The position numbers were made by a program, and so were the translations under genes. Under the pieces are notes generated by a model that had not been told where the DNA came from, did not search any database, and saw only the letters and a list, made by a program, of their open reading frames with translations. Of a stretch of 64,000 nt of DNA, positions 9,508-18,692 are shown piece by piece. The DNA comes from Candidatus Latescibacterota bacterium (GTDB lineage Bacteria > Latescibacterota > UBA2968 > UBA8231). The DNA lies in assembly GCA_965203175.1 (NCBI GenBank), contig OZ241867.1:4832001-4896000 (forward strand), in the 5' to 3' direction. The stretch's first letter is position 1. The number at the start of each line of letters is the position of its first letter.

Positions 9508-11316
9508 ATGAACAGGTACATGAAGATTCTGAGCATCGGGTTTCTATGCCTATGGTGTGCCGCCGCCTACGCAGACCTGCCCACAGGTCGAGATGTAATT
9601 GTCGGCATTATCGATCCGGGTACGGGACTAAACTGGCGGCATAGAGCCTTTCGCGACCCGCACGATCCCCAGCGCAGTCGCGTACTGTATTTGGCGACAG
9701 GCCGCGAGTGGGATCGGACGGCCATCGAAACCGCCCTCGGCGACCCACAGGCCCCGGCTCCCCCAACCGATGCGGACGGACACGGCACAGCCGTAGCTGG
9801 TGTCGCAGCCGGTTCTATGGGAGGGCAAATGCAGGGCACTGCGCCCGAGGCAGACATCATCATGGTGTCCAGTGCTTCCTCGATAGCCGATGCGGCGGCC
9901 TACATTTTCCGCAAGGCAGATGCGCTGGGACGCCGGGCTGTGGTCTGCCTCAGCTTCTCCATTCCCGAACCGAGGGGTGCCCGCCAAGCGTTGAGCAATC
10001 TGTTGTCGGAAGATGATCGGCGCATCATCGTCGCTGCGGCCGGCAACATCCTTGCTCCTACTAGCATCCTTGATGCTGGTATAGGCATCCACTGGGGGCC
10101 AATCGCCTTGGGAGCGTCTCCCACGTTTACTACTCTTGCGCCTAATCTCTTTTTTGGCGATCCACCGAGGGTAGAATTGACAGTGCTAGTCAGGGAAGAG
10201 GCCGCCGTGGAATTGGGCATCGGCAAATCCCTCGACGAATTGCACTGGCGACCGTTAGATACTATCAAAAGCGCCCAAGCGACGTCGGACACCCTACAAG
10301 ACGCAACTACCATACGATGGCGCCGTCTGTCATCTTTTCATTATTACGTGCCCTCCGCCGACGATGACGACAATACCTACATCCATGTATATCTAGAGGC
10401 CCCTTATGGAGAATGGACCGACGACAATCGCTATCTGTTCGCTGCGCGGGGAGAAGGCGTGTTGCACGCTTGGGTCCTGGAAGGGTTCGGCCAAGAAGAT
10501 GCCCAACTCGCCACCCATCCTGACTATCGCTCGACAGACTTGTGGTCCACAGTGCCCTATCCAGCCAACTTGCCACACGTCATGGCTGTAGGGGCACTTG
10601 CCGACACGACGGGATGGGAGGCGTTGGCCGTAGCACTAGGTGAGGACCCTGTAACGCTACGCGAGGACCTGCTTGTGATATTTGCCGAACACGGCCGGCT
10701 GCTTCCAGACTCGGGCCGAGGACCTTCCCTGAGCGGTGCTATAAAACCGGATTTTGTTGCGCCGGGCATGTCTTGGTTTCCTGGCATTGGGGGCGAGGAG
10801 GACTATGTCTATGACGTAGGCACCAGTATTGCGGCCCCCTATACAGCGGGTGTAATAGCGGCCTTTCTCGAACGGTTCCCCGAGGCGACACGGGATGAGG
10901 TGTATCGCGCCTTCGCCCAATCGGCGCGTCCCATTGACGACCGGCCTGTGCCCAATAATCTGTGGGGCTATGGGCAGGTTGATCTAGCCGCGGCTTTGGC
11001 CTTCTACGAGCAACGAATTCCAACTCTAGTCACCCAGTACGAAGTGCCTTCAGCCAGCCCCCTTACCCTGCACAACGCTCCCAACCCTTTCAACGCCGGC
11101 ACCATCCTGCGCTATACACTCGAACGAGACCAACGCGTACGCCTACATATCTACAATGCCCTCGGCCAACGAGTCGATACGCTGGTCGATGCGTATCAGA
11201 CCAGCGGCCTTCAGAGCGCGTACTGGCATCCTGCTGGTGTCAGGAGCGGGATCTACTTTGCGCGACTGGTCCTCGATGACGGGACGCACACGCGAAAACT
11301 ACTCTTAGTGCGGTAG
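9508..11316 (+). CDS. Secreted S8 (subtilisin-like) peptidase with C-terminal FlgD/T9SS-type domain
   Basis: VGIID, GHGTAVAG, AAAGN, KPDFVAPG, GTSIAAP; C-terminal NAPNPFN...IYNALGQ...SGIYF. Confidence 0.88.
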   Translation: MNRYMKILSIGFLCLWCAAAYADLPTGRDVIVGIIDPGTGLNWRHRAFRDPHDPQRSRVLYLATGREWDRTAIETALGDPQAPAPPTDADGHGTAVAGVAAGSMGGQMQGTAPEADIIMVSSASSIADAAAYIFRKADALGRRAVVCLSFSIPEPRGARQALSNLLSEDDRRIIVAAAGNILAPTSILDAGIGIHWGPIALGASPTFTTLAPNLFFGDPPRVELTVLVREEAAVELGIGKSLDELHWRPLDTIKSAQATSDTLQDATTIRWRRLSSFHYYVPSADDDDNTYIHVYLEAPYGEWTDDNRYLFAARGEGVLHAWVLEGFGQEDAQLATHPDYRSTDLWSTVPYPANLPHVMAVGALADTTGWEALAVALGEDPVTLREDLLVIFAEHGRLLPDSGRGPSLSGAIKPDFVAPGMSWFPGIGGEEDYVYDVGTSIAAPYTAGVIAAFLERFPEATRDEVYRAFAQSARPIDDRPVPNNLWGYGQVDLAAALAFYEQRIPTLVTQYEVPSASPLTLHNAPNPFNAGTILRYTLERDQRVRLHIYNALGQRVDTLVDAYQTSGLQSAYWHPAGVRSGIYFARLVLDDGTHTRKLLLVR

Positions 11317-11339
11317 CCACCTAACCCAAAGGAGACGCC

Positions 11340-12287
11340 ATGTACATCCAAGACCAACTCCCTCACGACCGCGTCACCGACGACAACCTGAGCTACTACA
11401 AAGCCATTGGCGTCGATTACCTAACCGTCAACTCCCTCCCCCTCGACCTGCACTCCTACCCCGAGATGGTCGAGTACCTACGAGAAGTCCGCGCCCGCGC
11501 CGAAAAAAACGGCCTCCGCTTGTACAACGCCGCCTTAACCGGCCCGGACGAAATCACTCTCGCGCAACAAGATCGAGATACCAAAATCGAGGAGTGGTGC
11601 AACTGGATCCGGGCCATGGGCACCGTCGGCGTCCCAACCCTCGGCTACAATTTCAAACCCGTGGGCAACTTCCGCACCCCCTCGGACACCGGCCGCGGCG
11701 GTGCCCACTATAGCACCTTTGTCTACTCAGAATACGAAGAAGAGAACCACGACTATCCAGCAAAGCACATCGACGAGGACGGGATGTGGGCCAATATATC
11801 CTACTTCCACCAGCGCATCGTCCCCGTCGCCGAAGAGGCCGGCGTTACCTTGGCCCTGCACCCGGACGACCCCCCGCTACCCGAGCCGATGGGCGGTGCC
11901 GCGCGGATTGTCTCCACCTTGGACCAATACGAGCGCATCTTCGCTCTCAACCCCAGCCCCCAAAACGCCATGCTGTTTTGCCAGGGCTGCGTCACCGAAA
12001 TGGGCATTGACGTGTACGAGGCCATCCGCCGCATGGGCCGCCAAGGCAAAATCGCCTATGTCCACTTCCGCAATGTGCGCGGGACGCCCAAGGATTTCAG
12101 GGAGGTCTTCGTCGACGAGGGCGACGTCGATATGTACCGGGCGATGCAGACCTACAAGGAGGTGGGTTTTAACGGGCCGTTTATGATGGATCACACCCCG
12201 TCCATCCCCGACGACGCAGGCGGGCGCCAGGGCCACGCCTTCGCCACCGGCTTCATCCGCGCCATGATCCAGGCCGTCTATCGCTGA
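11340..12287 (+). CDS. uxuA: Mannonate dehydratase family protein
   Basis: YNF, PVAEEAGVTLALHPDDPP, FCQG, VHFRNV.G, E.F.DEGDVDM, DHTP. Confidence 0.85.
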   Translation: MYIQDQLPHDRVTDDNLSYYKAIGVDYLTVNSLPLDLHSYPEMVEYLREVRARAEKNGLRLYNAALTGPDEITLAQQDRDTKIEEWCNWIRAMGTVGVPTLGYNFKPVGNFRTPSDTGRGGAHYSTFVYSEYEEENHDYPAKHIDEDGMWANISYFHQRIVPVAEEAGVTLALHPDDPPLPEPMGGAARIVSTLDQYERIFALNPSPQNAMLFCQGCVTEMGIDVYEAIRRMGRQGKIAYVHFRNVRGTPKDFREVFVDEGDVDMYRAMQTYKEVGFNGPFMMDHTPSIPDDAGGRQGHAFATGFIRAMIQAVYR

Positions 12288-12301
12288 TCCAACGCAACCA
12301 A

Positions 12302-12694
12302 TTAATCGATGCGCGGCAGATGCGGCAGGTGGTCGAAGTGCTGATCGCGAGAAAAAAGATGCAGGCCGTGCTCAACCACCAAAGCGGCAATCCAGATATC
12401 GTTGGTCGGAATAGGCGTGCCCTGCTGACGTAATTGGTAAAAAAGCTGGGCATAGTGCCGCGTGGTGGCTTCGCCGGCATAGAGAACGGACGTCCGAGGC
12501 CGACTGAGAAAGCGCAACAGAATGCGCTCATTTTTGCCGGCTCTGGTGCCACATTGGAAACCAGCGCGCAATTCAGCTAGCGTGACGAAGGGCAGGAAGA
12601 TCTGTTCGGCTAGCTGAAGGCGATCCAAGACCACTGGATCGCCGAGGCAAAAGTCGCGGTAGCGGTTGGTGTCTAGGGCAATCTTCACCGCCAC
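12302..12694 (-). CDS. vapC: VapC PIN-domain toxin
   Basis: ALDTN, AELRAGF, GTPIPTNDIWIAA, SRDQHF. Confidence 0.92.
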   Translation of the reverse strand: MAVKIALDTNRYRDFCLGDPVVLDRLQLAEQIFLPFVTLAELRAGFQCGTRAGKNERILLRFLSRPRTSVLYAGEATTRHYAQLFYQLRQQGTPIPTNDIWIAALVVEHGLHLFSRDQHFDHLPHLPRID

Positions 12695-12942
12695 AACTCT
12701 GGATCTACTTGATCCATGGCGTCGACGGCTTGGTCAAAGGCCGGATCGTCCACCCAAGTGCCCGCCAAGTCGTCTAGGTCGTGATGACGCACGGCCTGTT
12801 CCGACAAGCCCAAGCCGCGCTCGAGTGCCCATAGGGCCATTTCATTCAGGCTCTTGTGCTCTTGGCGAGCCCTCCTCCTCAGTTCCCTATCTAGCTGCGG
12901 AGGCACTTTGCGGATGGTGTATTGAGTCGATTTCTCGGTCAT
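12685..12942 (-). CDS. Ribbon-helix-helix (FitA-like) antitoxin
   Basis: MTEKSTQYTIRKVP..LDRELRRRA...KSLN...HDLDDLAGTW; overlaps the vapC start. Confidence 0.8.
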   Translation of the reverse strand: MTEKSTQYTIRKVPPQLDRELRRRARQEHKSLNEMALWALERGLGLSEQAVRHHDLDDLAGTWVDDPAFDQAVDAMDQVDPELWR

Positions 12943-12977
12943 GCCTGCAATATAGACGGCGTGTGCAGGCACGTCAA
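12942..12977 (-). promoter_or_regulatory. Leaderless sigma70 promoter of vapBC with TGCCTGCA/TGCAGGCA operator
   Basis: Minus strand TTGACG-17bp-TATATT-6nt-ATG; 8-bp perfect inverted repeat brackets the -10. Confidence 0.75.
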
Positions 12978-12979
12978 TC

Positions 12980-14149
12980 TCAGCCCGCGACCGCCCGAAT
13001 CGCTTCGGCCATCTTCCGCAGTTTGACCTTGGTGTTGTTCGGGTGCATGGGCACCAAGACGGCTCGCGCCAAAACGTCGAGCGAATCCTGGCACGTATCC
13101 AGCTTGTATTTGACCCGCGCCTTGCGGTTGGCCGGTAGTTTATAAGGATTGAGCGCCGGATGGTGCGCGCCTTGGTAGCGCAGAATAGGCTCCCAGCGCG
13201 TATAGACATGGCGACCGGTATCCATGGGCAAAAAGGAGCTCACGTCTTTTGCCGCCAATCGGTTGCAGAAGGAGCGCGCCTCGTCCTCAGCGGTAAACAA
13301 AAATCCTAGGTGTGTGCCGCACTCGTGGTCCAAGCTGTTGTTCTTTATAGACTCCAACCCCGCCTCCAGCCCGACCTGTAGCAACTCCTGCTTGTGGGCA
13401 CGCATGGTCTTGAGCATTCCCCGAATGCGCCGCAATTGCACGTTGAGTATGGCCCCTTCGACCTCTGAGGCCCTGAAGTTGGGGCCGGCAAATTGCAGCT
13501 CTTCGCGCTCTTCGTCGGGATTCCAGTAAAAGGAGCAGCAGTCCACCGCCACCGAGCCGCGCTGATGTACCGCCTCGGCATTGGTGACAAACGCCCCGCC
13601 CTCGCCGCAGGTCATGTTCTTGAAGAAGTTAAAACTAAACGCGCCGGCGTGGCCCCAACTGCCCAGCATCCGGCCCTCGTACCCGCCGCCCACCGCCTGA
13701 CAGGCGTCTTCGAGAACGAGCAAGCCGCGCTTGCGGGCGATCTTGGTAATGCGCTTCATATCGCAGGGCAGGCCGACCATGTGGACCGGAATAATCGCCC
13801 TAGTGTGTTTGGTAATTCGCCGCTTTAAATCCTTGGGGCACAGTGTTAAGGAATCATCTACATCGGCGATTACCGGAATGGCTCCGGCCCCCAGCACCGC
13901 CAAAGCGGTCGCCATGTAGGTATAGGCGGGCACAATCACCTGATCCCCTGGCCCTACGCCCAATCCCACCAGCGCCGCGTACAGCGCCGAGGTCCCCGAG
14001 CGCGTCATTCGACAGTGCCCCACGCCCACGTAGCGCGCCCAATTCCTCTCAAAGCGGTCACACTCCCCACCCGATCCATAGCGGAAAATCGCGCCGCTGT
14101 CGAATAGCTGCTGTAGTTGCTTGATTTCTGCTTGGCCAATGCGATACAT
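12980..14149 (-). CDS. DegT/DnrJ/EryC1/StrS PLP-dependent aminotransferase
   Basis: SGTSAL, GPGDQVIVPAYT, PVHM.G, EDACQA.G, FSFNFFKNMTCGEGG. Confidence 0.93.
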   Translation of the reverse strand: MYRIGQAEIKQLQQLFDSGAIFRYGSGGECDRFERNWARYVGVGHCRMTRSGTSALYAALVGLGVGPGDQVIVPAYTYMATALAVLGAGAIPVIADVDDSLTLCPKDLKRRITKHTRAIIPVHMVGLPCDMKRITKIARKRGLLVLEDACQAVGGGYEGRMLGSWGHAGAFSFNFFKNMTCGEGGAFVTNAEAVHQRGSVAVDCCSFYWNPDEEREELQFAGPNFRASEVEGAILNVQLRRIRGMLKTMRAHKQELLQVGLEAGLESIKNNSLDHECGTHLGFLFTAEDEARSFCNRLAAKDVSSFLPMDTGRHVYTRWEPILRYQGAHHPALNPYKLPANRKARVKYKLDTCQDSLDVLARAVLVPMHPNNTKVKLRKMAEAIRAVAG

Positions 14150-14197
14150 GATGCGCTCCTTTACACGAGTTCCAGCTCGACCCAGCGCCGAACTGAA

Positions 14198-15346
14198 TTA
14201 ATAAGATAAAGGGTGTCGGCCCGCGCCAGACTGCGGCCGGGTGCGCAAGACCTCGGCCTTGGTGAGGCATTCGGCGTATTCTCCCGCGGCCGACGATTCC
14301 CAGACGATCCCGCCGCCCACGCCAAATTCGAGTTGTCCGCTCTCCCGGTCGAGATGCGCCGTGCGAATCGCCACGTTGAAGCACGCCTCCGGCCCCGGCG
14401 ACACATAGCCCATGCAGCCAGTGTAAATGCCGCGCGGGGCGCGCTCCAGTTCGGCGATGATTTCCATGGTCCGCACCTTGGGCGCGCCGGTCACCGAGCC
14501 GCAGGGAAAAAGCGCGGCAAAGATGTCGGGCAGGCTCACGCCGGCTTTGAGTTGGCTTTCCACAGTAGAAGTTAGCTGCCACACCGTGGGATAGCGCTCG
14601 ACCGACCACAGGGCCGGGACCGCCACGCTGCCGACTTGCGAGATACGTCCTAAATCGTTGCGCAACATATCGGTAACCATCAGGTTCTCAGCGCGGTCCT
14701 TAGCGGAATTTTGCAGGTCCTCGGCCCGCTGCTGATCCTCGGCTGCAAAACGGCCCCGCGGCCGGGTTCCCTTCATGGGGCGCACTGTGCAACGCCCGTC
14801 TTGTAGGCGGAAGAACAACTCGGGCGACGCCGAGATCAGAACGTGACGCCCCAGGTCGAAATACGCGCACAACGCGGATTCCTGCACCTGCCCCATATCG
14901 CGGTATAGCGCCAGCGGATTGCCCCGGAAACGGCTGTGCAAGCGCAAGGTGTAGTTGACCTGGTACGTGTCGCCGGCTGCAATATAGGCGCGGATGCGCT
15001 CAATGGCGGCCTCGTACTCCTCCCGCGACACCGACGGTCGCCACTCGTCCAACTCGTAGGTGCCCAAGCCAGCGCTAGGCGCGGCCACCAGCGTCCTCTC
15101 CTCAAAGAGGCCAAAGTAAACCAAGGGAAGCGCACCAGCAGGACGGGTGGTAAAAGCTGGGTCCAGACCAGCCGCAGCCTCGTAGCAGACAAAACCCGCA
15201 GCGTGCAGCCCTTGGGCCACCGCCCGCTCCACCGCGCTGAGGGCCGGGCGCACCTCGTCCGCGGCTGCGGCTACCACCTCGTCCACCGGATGAGCAAACG
15301 CAAAGGAGCGCTCCTGCCCGCAACGGGCATAAGACGACAGCAGCAC
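14198..15346 (-). CDS. pabB: Aminodeoxychorismate synthase component I (truncated PabB-PabC fusion)
   Basis: GDTYQVN, SASPELF, PMKGT, KDRAENLM..DM.RND, FPCGSVTGAPK, GVGGGIV. Confidence 0.88.
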   Translation of the reverse strand: MLLSSYARCGQERSFAFAHPVDEVVAAAADEVRPALSAVERAVAQGLHAAGFVCYEAAAGLDPAFTTRPAGALPLVYFGLFEERTLVAAPSAGLGTYELDEWRPSVSREEYEAAIERIRAYIAAGDTYQVNYTLRLHSRFRGNPLALYRDMGQVQESALCAYFDLGRHVLISASPELFFRLQDGRCTVRPMKGTRPRGRFAAEDQQRAEDLQNSAKDRAENLMVTDMLRNDLGRISQVGSVAVPALWSVERYPTVWQLTSTVESQLKAGVSLPDIFAALFPCGSVTGAPKVRTMEIIAELERAPRGIYTGCMGYVSPGPEACFNVAIRTAHLDRESGQLEFGVGGGIVWESSAAGEYAECLTKAEVLRTRPQSGAGRHPLSY

Positions 15347-15355
15347 TGGATTGTC

Positions 15356-15387
15356 AAAAAAGAAAAAGGAGGATCACTCGAATCCTC
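15356..15387 (-). terminator. Intrinsic terminator after the PhyH gene
   Basis: Minus strand GAGGAT-7nt-ATCCTC followed by CTTTTTCTTTTTT. Confidence 0.6.
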
Positions 15388-15392
15388 GGCAT

Positions 15393-16202
15393 CTATCCTG
15401 CCGCCTCGCCGGGCTGGTACTCAATGCGCCGCATGAAGCGCTCGCCCACATCGTAGTTTGGCTGGTCGGAGACAAAGCGCCACAAGCGCACGCGCTGCAT
15501 CAGTTCGTAGCGCTGCTCGTTGCCCTCCCAGCCGTGGTTGGTCGACAGGATGCGACCAATCTCAGGGTCGTCCAGATCCGCGGTGTCAAAGTTGCAGACC
15601 TGCGGCCGCGTCGGGTTGAGTCTCAACTTGTACATGAAGCGATCCCGATCCGTGTAGTTGCTGCGCGCCCCGTGCCAGACGCGGGTGTTCCACACGTACA
15701 TGGTCCCCGCCGGGCAGGTCGCCCAGATCTTGCCGCGCATGTGGTGGTAAATGGAGATCTCCCCGGTGCGCACGTTGCGGAATTGCGTTCCCGGCACCAA
15801 GAAAGTACCGCCCATCTCGTCTGTTGTATCCGCGGGGAACAGCGAGAGCTGGATATCGAAGTAATGGTCGCGGAAGTCGATGACCGAGTCTTGGTGCATA
15901 TTGGGGCCCTTGGTTTGTTCGGCCTTGGTCAAGTGCGCGGCGTGGTGGTCGTACAGGGGATCGGGGCCGACCAAGGAGTGGATGAGTCCCTGCACCTGCG
16001 GCAGGCGGAACGCATCGCCCAAAGCCGTGCCTTTGGGCCAAGTCTCCTCAAAGGGGGTCCCCACGGCGAGATAGCCCCGGTTGTGGTGCATTTCCTCAAG
16101 GCAGGCTCGGCACAGATCTTTGGGCACCATTTCTTCGAACTTCAAATACCCCGAGGCGACGAATTGCGCCATCTGCTTCGAGTTCAAAAGATGCTCTTTC
16201 AC
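15393..16202 (-). CDS. PhyH family dioxygenase
   Basis: F..SGYL, MHQD, GGTFLVPG, VWHGAR.N. Confidence 0.88.
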   Translation of the reverse strand: MKEHLLNSKQMAQFVASGYLKFEEMVPKDLCRACLEEMHHNRGYLAVGTPFEETWPKGTALGDAFRLPQVQGLIHSLVGPDPLYDHHAAHLTKAEQTKGPNMHQDSVIDFRDHYFDIQLSLFPADTTDEMGGTFLVPGTQFRNVRTGEISIYHHMRGKIWATCPAGTMYVWNTRVWHGARSNYTDRDRFMYKLRLNPTRPQVCNFDTADLDDPEIGRILSTNHGWEGNEQRYELMQRVRLWRFVSDQPNYDVGERFMRRIEYQPGEAAG

Positions 16203-16498
16203 GACGTGGCTCCTTCCTCTTTTTGCAGCTCGTTGAATTTCGACAGCACGATCTGGTAGGGCAGCGGCCCCAGTTCATAGCCCTCTTGGGGCGAGCGATG
16301 TTTGAGTTCCGACATCTGGATGACTTGCCAGCCGTCGCGCATGGCCGCCATGGCGTTGTGGTAAGGAGGATCGCTCTCCTCGACCAAGTCGCCTAGGCCC
16401 GTGCCCTTGGAGGCTTCGTAGCGCGCCCAAGCGACGACTTGGGCGTCGAGCGCGGGTGTGGTCTGAAAAAATACTAGAATATCTTGCACTGCGGACAT
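16199..16498 (-). CDS. Small hypothetical protein coupled to PhyH
   Basis: 99-aa ORF, GTGA overlap with the PhyH start, RBS GGAAGG. Confidence 0.7.
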   Translation of the reverse strand: MSAVQDILVFFQTTPALDAQVVAWARYEASKGTGLGDLVEESDPPYHNAMAAMRDGWQVIQMSELKHRSPQEGYELGPLPYQIVLSKFNELQKEEGATS

Positions 16499-16573
16499 GA
16501 AAAAGCCTTCCGGTGAGATTGGGTCAAATTTGTCGAGCGATATTCCATTTAAAATATAGAAGCAACAAATTCG

Positions 16574-16590
16574 CTGGTACGCAATTTGCG
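16574..16590 (+). promoter_or_regulatory. Sigma54 (-24/-12) promoter
   Basis: CTGGTACGCAATTTGCG = GG-N10-GC, close to YTGGCACG-N4-TTGCW, ~60 bp upstream of the DUF4097 gene. Confidence 0.6.
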
Positions 16591-16649
16591 TAGGACCGAG
16601 CGAAGGTATTTAATACCCCAACATCCTTTCTTCTATGAGGAGGCTCACA

Positions 16650-17600
16650 ATGAAAGAGTTGCTCTTATCGTCGGCGCTCGCCGCCATTTCTTTGGCGCTT
16701 TTCGCCACGGGAACCGCCCAAGCCGACACCGCGCACCAGTCCTTTGACGTGGAACCGGGCGACCACCTAATAGTGGACACCGAATGGGGTGCCATTGAGG
16801 TCCATACTTGGGATCGCTCCGAGGTAGAGCTGGTCGTGGAACGAGCCGATAAACTCGATCTAGCATACGACCAAGAGGCGGGTACCACGACCATCCGGGG
16901 CCGCAAAAAAGGTGCCGGCCTATTCGACTTCTTCGGCCTTGTGAGGGGACGCCCCCCCTTGTTCCGCCTCACGGTGCCGCACCAGCACGATTTGGAACTG
17001 AACACCTCCGGCGGCGGCATTGAGGTAGACGACCTTCTGGGCCGCGTCTCGGCCCGGACTTCGGGCGGCAGTCTGAGCTTTGGCCACATCGAAGGACCGA
17101 TCGAGGGCAAAACTTCGGGTGGGTCCATCTCTTTAAAAGGCTGCTCCGGTACGGCGTCGGTGTCCACTTCGGGGGGCTCCATCCGCATTGGCGAGGTGGA
17201 CGGAGAGGTGCGAGCAAAGACCTCGGGCGGCTCCATCCACATCAGCCGGGCCCAAGGCCCGGTGCAGGCCAAGACCTCGGGCGGCTCTATCAAAGTGGAT
17301 GAAGTGCTGGGGCCTATCGAGGCTCAGACGTCGGGTGGCTCCATTCGCGCCCAACTCTCGCAGCAGCCTCACGGTCCCTGCCTCCTCAAGACTTCGGGCG
17401 GCAATGTAGAGGTCTCCCTTGCTGCGGATATCGGTTTGCAGGTGGACGCCCGCACATCGGGTGGGCGCGTCTCCACCGACTTCCCGGTAGTAACGCAGGG
17501 CACGCTGGATAAAAACAGCCTCAAGGCCTCGATCAACGGCGGTGGTCCCCTCATGACCCTACGCACGTCGGGCGGGTCCATCCGCCTGCGCAAACTGTAG
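16650..17600 (+). CDS. Secreted DUF4097 beta-strand repeat protein
   Basis: Signal peptide; many (K/R)TSGG(S/G)I repeats; RBS GAGGAGG. Confidence 0.9.
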   Translation: MKELLLSSALAAISLALFATGTAQADTAHQSFDVEPGDHLIVDTEWGAIEVHTWDRSEVELVVERADKLDLAYDQEAGTTTIRGRKKGAGLFDFFGLVRGRPPLFRLTVPHQHDLELNTSGGGIEVDDLLGRVSARTSGGSLSFGHIEGPIEGKTSGGSISLKGCSGTASVSTSGGSIRIGEVDGEVRAKTSGGSIHISRAQGPVQAKTSGGSIKVDEVLGPIEAQTSGGSIRAQLSQQPHGPCLLKTSGGNVEVSLAADIGLQVDARTSGGRVSTDFPVVTQGTLDKNSLKASINGGGPLMTLRTSGGSIRLRKL

Positions 17601-17631
17601 CGCTGCGCTGCACAGCACCGTCTTTGGGTCG

Positions 17632-17679
17632 AAGGGGTGCGGCGCGACGGCTTCGGGTCGTTGCGCTACACCCCTTTTT
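17632..17679 (+). terminator. Long hairpin terminator between convergent genes
   Basis: AAGGGGTG..GCGCGACGGC-TTCG-..GTCGTTGCGC..CACCCC-TTTTT. Confidence 0.75.
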
Positions 17680-17710
17680 GCGTTTTTAGGTGCTGAGCCG
17701 GTTGCAGCAG

Positions 17711-18679
17711 CTAATGCGTCCGCGCCAGCGGCGTCCACTGAGAGAGCGCGTCCAACTCCGCTCGTTCCTCATCTCCCAACTCCACCTCCAACGCCCCAAA
17801 GACCTCCTCCATGTGCTCGGGGCGGTCTGGGCCGATAATGGGAGCGGTAACATCCTTGTTGGCCAAGATCCAAGCAACGGCAACTTGCGCCGGAGTCTTG
17901 CCCTGCGCCCGACCAATCTCGGTCAGCTTCTGCACGATGCGCTCGGCTTGCTCGCCCATGGCTGCGGCAAAGCGGTCGTCGTCTTGCCAAGCGCTATCGG
18001 TCGGCGGCTTTTGCCCGCGCTTAAAGCGGCCGCTCAACAGGCCGACGGCCAGCGGACTGTAGGTCATCATGCCGAGGCCGTACTTCCGGCACATAGGCAA
18101 TAGCTCCGGCTCTATTTGCCAGCGGTGCAACAAGTTATACTGATTTTGTAAGGTAAATAGTGGGTCCAATCCCCCGCGATCGGCCGTCCACAGCGCCTTC
18201 ACCACTTGGGCGGCAGTAAAATTGCAGGCACCCACGTAGCGCACCTTGCCCTGTCGCACCAAATCGTCAAACGCCCGCAGCGTCTCGTCGAGTTCGGTGT
18301 CTGGATCCCAGTTGTGCAGCAAGTAGATATCCACGTAATCCGTGTTCAAGCGCTTCAGCGACCGCTCGATCTCGCGCATGATGGCAAACCGCGACAGGCC
18401 GCGGTCGTTGGGGCCGTCGCCTATTTGGCTCCAGACCTTGGTCGTAATCACCAAATCGTCGCGCTTGCCCTTGATGGCCTTGCCCAACAATTCCTCGCAG
18501 CGCCCCTGAAAGTAGTAGTTGGCGCAATCGAGGAAATTGCACCCCAAATCGAGCGCCGTCTCGACCGTGCGCACAGCGGTCGCCTCGTCCGTGTGCCCAT
18601 GCCAGTATCCCCGAAAGGCCGTGCCCAAACACAGCCGCGAGACCTTGACCCCAGCCCGGCCCAATCGCACGTAATCCAT
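17711..18679 (-). CDS. Aldo/keto reductase
   Basis: LGRAGVKVSRLCLGT, D.ANYY, TKV, SLKRL.TDY.D.Y.LH, QNQYNL, YSPLA.G.L.G. Confidence 0.95.
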   Translation of the reverse strand: MDYVRLGRAGVKVSRLCLGTAFRGYWHGHTDEATAVRTVETALDLGCNFLDCANYYFQGRCEELLGKAIKGKRDDLVITTKVWSQIGDGPNDRGLSRFAIMREIERSLKRLNTDYVDIYLLHNWDPDTELDETLRAFDDLVRQGKVRYVGACNFTAAQVVKALWTADRGGLDPLFTLQNQYNLLHRWQIEPELLPMCRKYGLGMMTYSPLAVGLLSGRFKRGQKPPTDSAWQDDDRFAAAMGEQAERIVQKLTEIGRAQGKTPAQVAVAWILANKDVTAPIIGPDRPEHMEEVFGALEVELGDEERAELDALSQWTPLARTH

Positions 18680-18692
18680 GTTTTCTCCTAAT

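Noticed and set aside
15346-15392. Possible frameshifted N-terminal extension or leader peptide for pabB (MPRIRVILLFLF) at a T6 run
   Set aside because: More simply explained as the hairpin + U-tract terminator of the upstream gene; cannot be excluded without reads.
15351-16259. 302-aa plus-strand ORF
   Set aside because: Antisense to the PhyH gene, which carries the catalytic motifs.
17000-17590. Repeated ACxTCGGGxGG DNA motifs
   Set aside because: They encode the ordinary TSGG repeats of a DUF4097 protein.
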